In this document: positions 1 through 8,223 of the stretch, piece by piece | How the letters are laid out: every line of letters starts with the position of its first letter | How positions within the stretch are numbered: the first letter of the stretch is position 1 | Assembly: GCA_041389025.1 (NCBI GenBank) | Contig: JAWKSP010000002.1 | Span: 105,279-169,278, forward strand | Direction: 5' to 3' | DNA length: 64,000 bases | From: Minisyncoccota bacterium | GTDB taxonomy: Bacteria > Patescibacteriota > Minisyncoccia > Phycocordibacterales > UBA918 | Translations under genes and position numbers: made by a program | Notes under the pieces: model-generated | The model's database searches: none | The model's input: only the letters and a program-made list of their open reading frames with translations | What the model was told of the DNA's origin: nothing

Positions 1-1141
1 TCTTAATCTGATCGCTAGTTAGAGGCACTCCAAAACCGGACATTAATATTTCGGCAGTTGTTATTTGCTCACTACCTGCAACACCTTCACTATCAACCTG
101 TTTTGTTTTTTGATTTTTTATATCTTTGTTGGGTTTTTCCTCAACATTTATATCTGCCTCACTACTTGAAGCTACGTTACTGGTTGTGTTAGTCGCAACA
201 TCCTCCTTAGTCACCACAATCGGACTAGTTGAAGCGGCATTTAAAAATTCTTGTTCATCGATTTCTTCGTCATCAATTCCATTTTCATTTATTAGCACTT
301 CATTGTCCGACTTACTTTCTTCCTCAGATTCAGACAAAGTGTCTTTTTTCTCCTCTGTTACCAAAGATTCTGATGGTTCAGACTTAGGTTTTATCTCAGA
401 TTCTTCAGTAGGTTCAGTTTCCTCATCAGATTGGCTATTTTCAACTTCTTCAGTAACCAACTCTTGTAACAACGGATACCTGTGTTTAGCATCAACAAAC
501 ACACCCCAAACTAAACTGTTGTTTTGGATAAATGAAACCTCACTGTCAACTATATCTTTATCACTTTCTTCAGATACCTGTTCAGGCTCTTGTTCAGGTT
601 CAAGTTCCGTTTCTAATTTCTCTGTGTCAGGATCCGGATTCGACACATCCTCATTTAAATCATTATTAAAAGCGTTATCCTCATCGACTTCGGTAGTTTC
701 TTCCAAATCAACAGATTCTAAAGACTCTCCAGAGTCGTGATCCATTTCTGTATCAATAGTACTTGTACTTTTTTCACTGGTTGTTGAATTGTTATTATCA
801 TTTGTTACGTCAATCCCACTTACAGTTTGCGGAGTTTTTTCTTTTTGTTTAAGAACATTTTTTTCTTGTTTAACTTCCTCTTTTTGTTCCACTGTAGTAT
901 ATAAAAATGCTGAATTCTTTTTCGAAAATTCTTGATACAAAGCGTATTCAGAAACATCTTGTTCATAGATATGTTCAATATTTGACCAAGTTGTTGACGT
1001 TATTGAATCAGGAATTACTTTCAATGTCTCAGACACAAATTCTGTTTTTGCCACTGAGCCATAAGCAAACAACCCTGCACACAAACCAAGCAGTAGCAAA
1101 ATCACCGATACGAATTTTTTATGTATCTTTATATGTGTCAT
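1..1141 (-). CDS. Partial (C-terminus off window) acidic, Glu/Asp/Ser-rich secreted or membrane-anchored protein. N-terminus MTHIKIHKKFVSVILLLLGLCAGLFAYGS has a signal-peptide/TM character.
   Basis: I translated the minus strand by hand from the ATG at 1141-1139 and found no stop down to position 1. The + strand ORFs 126..740 and 907..1215 in the provided track are Ser-rich antisense shadows of this gene. Hydrophobic N-terminus followed by acidic low-complexity sequence. Confidence 0.5.
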   Translation of the reverse strand, partial: MTHIKIHKKFVSVILLLLGLCAGLFAYGSVAKTEFVSETLKVIPDSITSTTWSNIEHIYEQDVSEYALYQEFSKKNSAFLYTTVEQKEEVKQEKNVLKQKEKTPQTVSGIDVTNDNNNSTTSEKSTSTIDTEMDHDSGESLESVDLEETTEVDEDNAFNNDLNEDVSNPDPDTEKLETELEPEQEPEQVSEESDKDIVDSEVSFIQNNSLVWGVFVDAKHRYPLLQELVTEEVENSQSDEETEPTEESEIKPKSEPSESLVTEEKKDTLSESEEESKSDNEVLINENGIDDEEIDEQEFLNAASTSPIVVTKEDVATNTTSNVASSSEADINVEEKPNKDIKNQKTKQVDSEGVAGSEQITTAEILMSGFGVPLTSDQIK

Positions 1142-1197
1142 TTAGTATTACAAACCAAACCCTATTTCATAAGTTAGAAATCGGGCTATTATATTAT

Positions 1198-1236
1198 AAC
1201 GCGCCAGTCTTTTAGACTGGCGCGTTATTAGTTATT
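1198..1236 (-). terminator. Rho-independent terminator hairpin. 13-bp perfect stem AACGCGCCAGTCT / AGACTGGCGCGTT with a 3-nt loop and flanking A/T runs. Located downstream of gene 1259..2824; a TATAAT-like box follows on the minus strand.
   Basis: Perfect inverted repeat 1198-1210 / 1214-1226, followed by TTATTAGTTATTTTTTG on the + strand. It lies in a 118-bp intergenic gap. Confidence 0.55.
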
Positions 1237-1258
1237 TTTTGTGGATTTGTCTGTTTTT

Positions 1259-2824
1259 CTACTTCAAGATCGTCTTTACATCATTAATTTCTTTTTCTAT
1301 CAATGTCTCGGATACCTCCAAAGCTTGGTTCAATCCCTCCACCGCTTCTTTCTCATTTTTAGAAAGACGTTTTCGTTTAGTAATAGTATTTATTTGGTCA
1401 TAAATTTCGTCTCTTAAGGCTGAGAATATTTTTTCCATTTGATCCTGTATTTCTCTAGTTTCCTTTCTTAATTTTTCTTCTTTAAGTTTGATTTGTTTTC
1501 GTTCGTACCAAATGTAAATACTTTGTAGAATGATAATTAATATCAGGAAGAAAATCAAAACATTTATTGGCGTAATATAGCTAAGCAAACTCTTATTTTC
1601 CTCGACCTCAAACGGCTTTATCCAGCCAGCCGTTATCAGTACTGCTTTTGTACTTTCGGTTTTGTTTCCGGCCATATCATAGGCGGTGACTTTTACAGTG
1701 TAAGTACCATCTTCAAGCTCCTTTAGTAGATAACCCAACTTTGCTTCATCAGGAGTAACAGTGACTGGCTCCTTATCGGCAATAGTCATTTCATAGTAGT
1801 CAATGCCTGAAGTTTCATCCATTGCTTCAAATTCAATTGTTGGGAATGATGAAGGTGTGGTTCCGGTTTTTACCGCTATGACAAAGGGCTCCGGTGATCT
1901 GGTGTCTATCTGAAGTTTTCTATTCGTTACCGCACCCCAACCTACTTGGTTTTTGAAGTTTACACTTATATACTGCACACCTTCCACCAAATCTTCTTTA
2001 GTTACCCTAAATTCATCTATCGGAGGATCATAAACAACGTTATTATTTAGTTCAGGTTTATTTTCAGCAGAAGTGGCAATTTCTACCGCTACTTCAGTTA
2101 CATCAAACGGTAATGTCCAATTAAACACTCCTTCAGTGCTTGAATACCAAACCTCGGGATCCAAGAAAGCTTGTGAACCTACCTCAGGCGCTCTTGGTGG
2201 ATCTCCAAAAACAATCGCCTCATCATCATTTTCATTTAAACTAGCTGGAGCCGAAGTTTGAGTCGGTACAGGCTCTGGTGTTGGTGCCGGAACCGGAGCC
2301 TGAGCCAAAGAAACGGTATATGAAGCTGGAACACCAGATTTATACACATCGGTTCCTTGTCCGTCTGCAGCCAAAACAGAGGCATCAGAGAAAGTTACTT
2401 TACCATTTCCTTCACTAACTGTTCGCCAAGTGATAGTTACCAAATTTGATGCTGTAGAAAATGGAGTTGGACTTCCACCACCAAAAGAGACAGTACCGGC
2501 ACTATTAGAAAAAGTCGGCTCAACTGTCCAAAGAGAAAAGGCTGAGCCATTTTTGTTTACATTAACTACCGATAAGGTAGCTGGATCGAATTTCAAAGTA
2601 GCTTCAACAGCGTTAATTTTTTGACCAGAGGGCAGAACTTTAACTACAGTAGTAAAAGTTTGTCCTGCTGAGTAGGAACCACTAGCCGGAGAAACCTCCA
2701 AGGTAGCAGCTGATGCAAAGTCAAACCACAGAAAAGACAAAACAACAAAAACAATGACTTTGAGAGAAATTACTGTATTTAAATTTATTTTATCAAAAAT
2801 CATAATTAGACTATTTATTTGCAA
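1259..2824 (-). CDS. Type-I membrane surface protein. Domain order: N-terminal signal/TM, cohesin-like domain, Pro-rich linker (APVPAPTPEPVPTQTSAP), Ig/Fn3-like domains, a single C-terminal TM, then a coiled-coil cytoplasmic tail.
   Basis: The segment ATLEVSPASGSYSAGQTFTTVVKV...INAVEATLKFDPATLSVVNVNKNGSAFSLWTVEPTFSNSAGTVSFGGG...GKVTFSDASVLAADGQGTDV matches the cohesin-domain consensus pattern. The TM is LIFFLILIIILQSIYIWY and the tail is basic and helical. A likely alternative start at Met-8 (2803) removes the 14-bp overlap with the hsp20 gene. Confidence 0.65.
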   Translation of the reverse strand: MQINSLIMIFDKINLNTVISLKVIVFVVLSFLWFDFASAATLEVSPASGSYSAGQTFTTVVKVLPSGQKINAVEATLKFDPATLSVVNVNKNGSAFSLWTVEPTFSNSAGTVSFGGGSPTPFSTASNLVTITWRTVSEGNGKVTFSDASVLAADGQGTDVYKSGVPASYTVSLAQAPVPAPTPEPVPTQTSAPASLNENDDEAIVFGDPPRAPEVGSQAFLDPEVWYSSTEGVFNWTLPFDVTEVAVEIATSAENKPELNNNVVYDPPIDEFRVTKEDLVEGVQYISVNFKNQVGWGAVTNRKLQIDTRSPEPFVIAVKTGTTPSSFPTIEFEAMDETSGIDYYEMTIADKEPVTVTPDEAKLGYLLKELEDGTYTVKVTAYDMAGNKTESTKAVLITAGWIKPFEVEENKSLLSYITPINVLIFFLILIIILQSIYIWYERKQIKLKEEKLRKETREIQDQMEKIFSALRDEIYDQINTITKRKRLSKNEKEAVEGLNQALEVSETLIEKEINDVKTILK

Positions 2825-3281
2825 AAGTTCTTCTTTCTTGTTTTATTTTCAATTTTACTTTTTCCTTCTCGGTTGGTTTTAGTAAAGGTAAAATTAAAAT
2901 TAAGACTCCATTCTTGATTTTTGCTTCCGCTTTTTCAATATTTACACTTTCAGGTAGAATAATTCTTCGATAAAAATCTCCCCAAGTGCATTCTTCAGCA
3001 AAGTACGAGCCGGCTTCTCTTTTTTTTGTAAACACAAGGTACTCTGGCCTAACACGCCTGCCTTCAATCAAAACGATATCAGCATCTCCTTCAATAGACA
3101 CATTTATATCATTCATGTCGGCTCCTGATGCTTGGGCATAAATAATAACCGATCGTTCAGTTTGATAAACATCCACATTTAACTGAGCAACTTTATCGAC
3201 CGCTGTTTCCTCAGAATCAGACTGTAAAGAAGCCTGCTCAGAACGAACTCCTCTGTTTTTTAATCTTTGCAGAAATGACAT
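2811..3281 (-). CDS. Small heat shock protein, Hsp20/alpha-crystallin family.
   Basis: Alpha-crystallin domain motifs: SVIIYAQASGADMNDINVSIEGD..LIEG, and a C-terminal AEAKIKNGVLILILPLLKP (GVL-I-LPK-like). About 156 aa. Confidence 0.8.
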   Translation of the reverse strand: MSFLQRLKNRGVRSEQASLQSDSEETAVDKVAQLNVDVYQTERSVIIYAQASGADMNDINVSIEGDADIVLIEGRRVRPEYLVFTKKREAGSYFAEECTWGDFYRRIILPESVNIEKAEAKIKNGVLILILPLLKPTEKEKVKLKIKQERRTFANK

Positions 3282-3352
3282 ATTCGTTACTTATTATAGT
3301 ACATAGAATTTATATGTTTTGTTTGACTTGGGGATTTGTTTCATTTTCTTCA

Positions 3353-5161
3353 CTAACCGGTCCAATTAAATAAAAGAATCGAAAAGTCGGTTAGATTTAC
3401 TTTTCCGTCACTGTTTAGATCGGCCGTCGTTGGTTTGTCGGCCTTTTGACCAATTCCATAGAATAGATAATCGGAAAAGCCGGCCTTGCTACCATCCGAT
3501 TGCTCAGCTTTTGCTCTGACTTTATACGTACCTGTATTGAAATCAGTAGCATCTAGAGTTGTTTTCCATGCGCCATTTGAGTCAGCTGTAACATTGATAG
3601 TTTTTAAACTTGGAGCTGATTTATCTTTCATGTTTTCAATCGTTACCTCAGAACTAGCCAAGGCGTAACCACTTATCTCAAAAGTTTGACCAGACTGAAC
3701 TGGGTCTGGATCAACTCTTATTGTTGGAGTAACAACAATATTTGAAAGAGAAGTTGTTCTGGCACCGGAAACTGTAAACGAAGTATTGAAGGTTGAAGAC
3801 TTTGTGTCATTTTTATCCAATACATAAACACCAAAGGTGTATACACCTCGGGCTATTTCATCTAGAGTTACAGAAAATATTCCATCTGCATTACCTTTCT
3901 TAGTTGCAACTTCAGTTCCATCGACCAAAGCTACTATAGTTGAATTCGGATAAGCCTTTCCGGAAATAATAACTCTACCATCACCACTTCTATAAGGTCC
4001 TTCGGATGACTCAAAACCACCACCACCGGAACTACCGCTACCGCCACCAGACCCACCACCACCACCACCACCGGAACCTCCAGAACCTGAATCACCACCA
4101 GAAGTTGGTTTTTCGCCGTCTGACGAACCTGATGTTCCTCCACTACCATCACCACTTCCGGTACCGTCATCACCACTTCCGGTACCATCACCTTCAGTTT
4201 CTCCTTCGGTATTTGAAGTTCCGGTTGGAATATCCGTCACTTGAAATTGTATAAGATAGTCATCAATATTAAAGTTTCCTTCATCATCAATACACCTAAC
4301 GTAAAATGATTGAGTGGAGTTTGGTGTGACAGAAACCACTGTAGTGTGGTAAATCAAACCGGTATTGGAAAAACCGTTGATCATAGAAGCATAGTCAGTT
4401 CCCGGAACGGTGTCGTATCGACAGAAAGCAAACTCGTCGGTTTCCAAAAATATTTCCACACTTTGTGTTACACCGGTAACTGTGGAAGATGGAGCTCCGT
4501 TAAAACGGTATGGGGGGATTTCCTCAGTAGTATCAATCGGACCCACTCCAATCTGACTTATCAGTGCGATAACGGGTTTAGCGCTAGCTACCAAACTACC
4601 ATCGTATATGTTTAAAGTCATTTTTTTTGTTCCCACCGTATCCGCATTCACAATCGGAACTATATCCGCCGGCGTAGTGGTAGTGCCGGTTGAGGTACTA
4701 TAAGTAACACTAAAGTTATTTGCCTTTGACGTATGATTGCCAATCATTAATTTTAATTGTGAGTCAGCTGATATTCCACTCGAGGTATTTAAAGTATACT
4801 TGATAAGGCCTGGTGTACCAGAAAAAATCTCTACCCCATCACTACTAGCCGACCGTGTAGCCGAAGAATTTCGCAGTACCTCGTCAACATAAAGTTCCAC
4901 GTTTCGATCAGCTGAAAATGTTGATGTGCCTAACGTTTCAAAACCAGTCGGCGGCACCACTTCAATGTAACTATTTGGTCCAATTCCGGTTTTTAATGTA
5001 AAAGAAATCGTGTGATTTGCAGCTTGGTCAGGAGCAGAGTTAGAAATTACATTTTTATAATTAATTATATTGGCGGCATTGACTTGTTCTGTTGAAAAAA
5101 ATAAGAACAAAAAACCAAAAACCAACCCAAGGAGATAAGTTTTTTTTAAAAACCAGTTCAT
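3353..5161 (-). CDS. Large secreted protein with a signal peptide, Ig-like beta domains, a long Gly/Ser/Asp linker, and a C-terminal dockerin-like calcium-binding repeat.
   Basis: Signal peptide MNWFLKKTYLLGLVFGFLFLFFSTEQVNA. The linker is GTGSGDDGTGSGDGSGGTSGSS...GGGGGGGSGGGSG. The extreme C-terminus TADLNSDGKVNLTDFSILLFNW fits the dockerin type-I repeat (D-x-N-x-D-G-x-V-N-x-x-D). Only one repeat is visible. Confidence 0.65.
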   Translation of the reverse strand: MNWFLKKTYLLGLVFGFLFLFFSTEQVNAANIINYKNVISNSAPDQAANHTISFTLKTGIGPNSYIEVVPPTGFETLGTSTFSADRNVELYVDEVLRNSSATRSASSDGVEIFSGTPGLIKYTLNTSSGISADSQLKLMIGNHTSKANNFSVTYSTSTGTTTTPADIVPIVNADTVGTKKMTLNIYDGSLVASAKPVIALISQIGVGPIDTTEEIPPYRFNGAPSSTVTGVTQSVEIFLETDEFAFCRYDTVPGTDYASMINGFSNTGLIYHTTVVSVTPNSTQSFYVRCIDDEGNFNIDDYLIQFQVTDIPTGTSNTEGETEGDGTGSGDDGTGSGDGSGGTSGSSDGEKPTSGGDSGSGGSGGGGGGGSGGGSGSSGGGGFESSEGPYRSGDGRVIISGKAYPNSTIVALVDGTEVATKKGNADGIFSVTLDEIARGVYTFGVYVLDKNDTKSSTFNTSFTVSGARTTSLSNIVVTPTIRVDPDPVQSGQTFEISGYALASSEVTIENMKDKSAPSLKTINVTADSNGAWKTTLDATDFNTGTYKVRAKAEQSDGSKAGFSDYLFYGIGQKADKPTTADLNSDGKVNLTDFSILLFNWTG

Positions 5162-5229
5162 TTAGATGATTATACATTTAAATGAACTGCAAAATAAGTC
5201 GTGTTACACACAGGAAAAATCACGACAAA

Positions 5230-5900
5230 TAAATTTGCCATAATTTTTGACAACCGATGATTTCAAGTGACAAACCACCGGGACTAAGGTCCGGTGGCTT
5301 CTTAATAGCTGGCGATGCCAGCATCACTTAAAGAGGTTAAATAGAGATGGTTGTTCTAGTTGATTCTTATCGTACTGATGACGTACATAACGTCGTATTA
5401 AGTGTTCGTCTAGTCCGATACTGGAGACAAAGTATCCTCTAGCCCAGAGTGAACCTCTATCATAGAGCTTATCGATGTTTTTAACTTTCTTTTTCATCCA
5501 AGCTGATGATTTACCTTTAATTATCTGCGTTACGTACGATATGGAATATCTAGGTTATGTGAGTAGTATAAGATGAATATGATCGTCTTGTATATTTAAC
5601 TCTATAATCTCCCACTGTTTCCATTTGCATATTTGATTAATAACTCTTGTTACTTCTTGTTTTATCTTTGGTTTATCCAGTACCTTACCTCGGTACTTTG
5701 GTGTCCAGACGATATGATATTTTAGATCGTAGAAACAGTGTGATAATGTTCTAATGGTATGTTTGTGGTATGACATACGTATTATGATATTAAGCGAATA
5801 AGTCCTTCCTTTCGGAATGGACTTATTCGTTATACGACGTTGTCTTTAAACGTACACCCCAGTGAGACTGGGGGTTTTTAGGGTTAATGAACTACCCTAA
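5230..5900 (-). mobile_element. IS200/IS605-family insertion sequence carrying tnpA only, with subterminal hairpins at both ends. Probably decayed.
   Basis: Y1-transposase ORF with HxH (HIHLIL) and the YHIVWTPKYR motif. Right-end hairpins at about 5245-5320 (CCACCGGGAC..GTCCGGTGG; GCTGGC-GAT-GCCAGC). Left-end hairpins at 5797-5835 (CGAATAAGTCC..GGACTTATTCG), 5857-5874 (CCCCAGT-GAG-ACTGGGG) and 5883-5904 (TAGGGT..ACCCTA). Confidence 0.6.
5324..5776 (-). pseudogene. tnpA: IS200-type transposase tnpA (Y1 HUH transposase) interrupted by an in-frame TAA at 5555-5557.
   Basis: N-terminal part (5776..5558) reads MSYHKHTIRTLSHCFYDLKYHIVWTPKYRGKVL...DDHIHLILLT, then TAA. The same frame continues PRYSISYVTQIIKGKSSAWMKKKVKNIDKLYDRGSLWARGYFVSSIGLDEHLIRRYVRHQYDKNQ, which is the conserved C-terminal half of IS200 TnpA. 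The stop sits exactly where a hydrophobic residue is expected. Confidence 0.65.
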
Positions 5901-5928
5901 TGCAGAGCATGCGGGGTAAAGATGGAAT

Positions 5929-7737
5929 CTAATCCAATAAAAAACCTCCGGATTGATGTTGCCACAATTTAGCATATACTCCGTTTGCATCTTTAAGTTC
6001 GGTGTGTTTCCCGTCTTCAATTATTTTCCCTTCTTCCAAAACAATTATTCGGTCCATTTCCCTTAAAGTAGAAAGTCTGTGAGCAATGGCAATTACTGTT
6101 TTCCCTTCCATCAGATTATGAAGAGCTTTTTGTATAAGAATTTCACTTTCACTATCGAGAGCTGAGGTGGCCTCATCTAATATAAGTATTGGAGCGTTTT
6201 TAAGCATTGCTCTAGCTATGGCTACTCGTTGTTTTTGACCACCGGACAATTTCACTCCACGCTCTCCTACCAAAGTATCATAACCCTCCGATAATTTACT
6301 GATAAATTCGTGAGCATGGGCTTGTTTCGCCACTTCGATAATCTCTTCGTCAGTAGCATTTGTATTACCGTAAGCAATATTTTCTCTTATCGTCCTATGA
6401 AACAAAGCCGGTTCTTGTGGTACCACGGCTATATTTTGCCTTAAAGAATCCTGTGTTACTTTTGAAATATCTTGTCCATCGATTTTTATTAAACCAGAAT
6501 CAACGTCATGTTGGCGTAAAAGCAATGACACAAAAGTAGACTTACCAGCTCCGGACGAACCAACCAACCCAACTCTTTGACCACCCTCTATACTTAAGTT
6601 AAAACCTGTAAAAACTTCATTATTCTCAAACTGAAACGACACGTCGTTCCAATCAATTCTTCCATTATTTACCACCATATCTGTTGCATCTTTGACATCC
6701 ACAATTTCGTGATTTACTAGTAAATCATCAAGGGCCTCCTGTAACTCACCAATTGTTTTAGCCATAGCATTAAAAGCTCTACCTATAAATATAAGTGATC
6801 CAGAAATATTAAATATTAAAGCCGCTACCATCACAAAATCACCAGTACTTATTTCTCCTAACGACCACTTGTTAGTAACTAACCAGAAAATACTAAAGGA
6901 AAAAGTAAATAATATAAAAGTATTGATAATTAATAACTTTTCTGTATAAAACCAATTATTTTTATGTGCTATCCTTCGTTTATCAGTTAATTCTTTTAAA
7001 TCATTTATCTCTTGTTCGTACTTAGTATATTGTCTAACTGCACTTATATTTGTTAATCTATCAATTATTCCTCCACCTAGTAAAGTATTAGCCTCTGAAC
7101 TTATTTTTGAAAGCCTAGTTTTCTCAGGAGCAAGTTTTTTATTTGTAAGATAAAGCACAAATATCAAAATTATGAATAAAAAAGATGATGTGCCATCTAC
7201 TGAAAATATAAGTGAAAAAGTAACTAAAAAGCCAACAAATGAAGCTAGTTGGGCCCACAAAAAATCAGGAATAATTTCATCTACAGCTCCTATAATGTTT
7301 CTCAGTTTACTTGAAATTGAACCAGCAAATCTATTCGAGTAATATGAATGACTATGTTTAAAAATATACGAATTAACGGTGTCTACAGCCGTTTTTGCAG
7401 TTTTTGTTGTCCAATTTGCAGCTACAAAACCACTTAAACGATAAGTTGCTTGTATAACAAATAATGTAAGTGGTAATACTACACCCCAAAACATTGCTGA
7501 TTTTGTATCACCTTTTTCTGCAGCATCAACTATAAGTTTAAAAATATAGCTTGTACCAGAACCAACTGAAGAAGCAATTATTACCAAAAAAATAGCCGAA
7601 AAAGCCCAAATCTTATGAGGTTTTGATGAATACACAAAAAACCGCCACGGAGTTTTGGGAATAGTATTTTCTTTTTCGTTTATTGTTTTATTCATAAAGT
7701 AAATTAACGCCTTAATCAGCGCTATTTTAATATACAC
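5929..7737 (-). CDS. ABC exporter, fused permease plus ATPase (MsbA/multidrug type).
   Basis: N-terminal 6-TM domain. Walker A GSSGAGKST, ABC signature LSGGQKQRVAIARA, Walker B ILILDEATSALD. Confidence 0.9.
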   Translation of the reverse strand: MYIKIALIKALIYFMNKTINEKENTIPKTPWRFFVYSSKPHKIWAFSAIFLVIIASSVGSGTSYIFKLIVDAAEKGDTKSAMFWGVVLPLTLFVIQATYRLSGFVAANWTTKTAKTAVDTVNSYIFKHSHSYYSNRFAGSISSKLRNIIGAVDEIIPDFLWAQLASFVGFLVTFSLIFSVDGTSSFLFIILIFVLYLTNKKLAPEKTRLSKISSEANTLLGGGIIDRLTNISAVRQYTKYEQEINDLKELTDKRRIAHKNNWFYTEKLLIINTFILFTFSFSIFWLVTNKWSLGEISTGDFVMVAALIFNISGSLIFIGRAFNAMAKTIGELQEALDDLLVNHEIVDVKDATDMVVNNGRIDWNDVSFQFENNEVFTGFNLSIEGGQRVGLVGSSGAGKSTFVSLLLRQHDVDSGLIKIDGQDISKVTQDSLRQNIAVVPQEPALFHRTIRENIAYGNTNATDEEIIEVAKQAHAHEFISKLSEGYDTLVGERGVKLSGGQKQRVAIARAMLKNAPILILDEATSALDSESEILIQKALHNLMEGKTVIAIAHRLSTLREMDRIIVLEEGKIIEDGKHTELKDANGVYAKLWQHQSGGFLLD

Positions 7738-7793
7738 GTATAAAATAAGTAATTCTTACCAAATTAATTTACTAATACAGTATTTTGAACATT

Positions 7794-8204
7794 TTAAGCC
7801 TCAGTTTTTAAAATAGGACGTGCTCGCAAATAATCCAAAATATAATTAAGAACAATTAGAACCAATAAAATAAACAATATTATACTTAAAATCAAGGTGG
7901 AACGGTCAGTTGCTGAGGCGTTTTGTTCACCTTCAGTATTACCAATATTTACTGCTATTAGTCTATCTTTGGCTTCAACTTCTTGTTCCAACTCCGTAAT
8001 CCTAGCTGTTAGTTGATTTACTTGAGTTGGTGCTACACCAACTCTCACTCCTACTGCTTGCGCCAAATAATCTTGTGTTCCAGTGGATAAAGTTCTTGTT
8101 TTTTCAGAAATAATCCCACTATCAAATACCAACAGGAAAGCAAATACCACCACTGCTATCCGTAGAAAACTATGATAAGTAGAATGCTCTATGCTATTTT
8201 TCAT
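7794..8204 (-). CDS. Small bitopic membrane protein with an N-terminal TM, a coiled-coil middle region, a C-terminal TM and a basic tail. Function unknown.
   Basis: Tightly packed between the surface-protein genes and the ABC exporter. Hydrophobic segments AVVVFAFLLVF and LILSIILFILLVLIVLNYIL. Confidence 0.5.
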   Translation of the reverse strand: MKNSIEHSTYHSFLRIAVVVFAFLLVFDSGIISEKTRTLSTGTQDYLAQAVGVRVGVAPTQVNQLTARITELEQEVEAKDRLIAVNIGNTEGEQNASATDRSTLILSIILFILLVLIVLNYILDYLRARPILKTEA

Positions 8205-8223
8205 TAGTACTATTTTACCACTA

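Noticed and set aside
126-740. 204-aa Ser-rich + strand ORF in the provided track, and 907..1215 +.
   Set aside because: They are low-complexity antisense shadows of the acidic minus-strand gene 1141..1 (GAA/GAT read in reverse gives Ser/Phe/Ile). They have no start context.
4006-4254. His-rich + strand ORF (HHHRNYRYRHQTHHHHHH), and 3934..4191 -.
   Set aside because: Alternative-frame and antisense reading of the GGT/GGA/AGT-rich Gly/Ser linker region of gene 3353..5161. It is not a real metal-binding protein.
5555-5557. Possibility that the in-frame TAA in tnpA is a recoded sense codon, meaning an alternative genetic code.
   Set aside because: TAA is used as the genuine stop of groEL, typA and other highly conserved genes here. 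Standard-code translation gives full-length conserved proteins throughout. A nonsense mutation or sequencing error in a decaying IS is more parsimonious.
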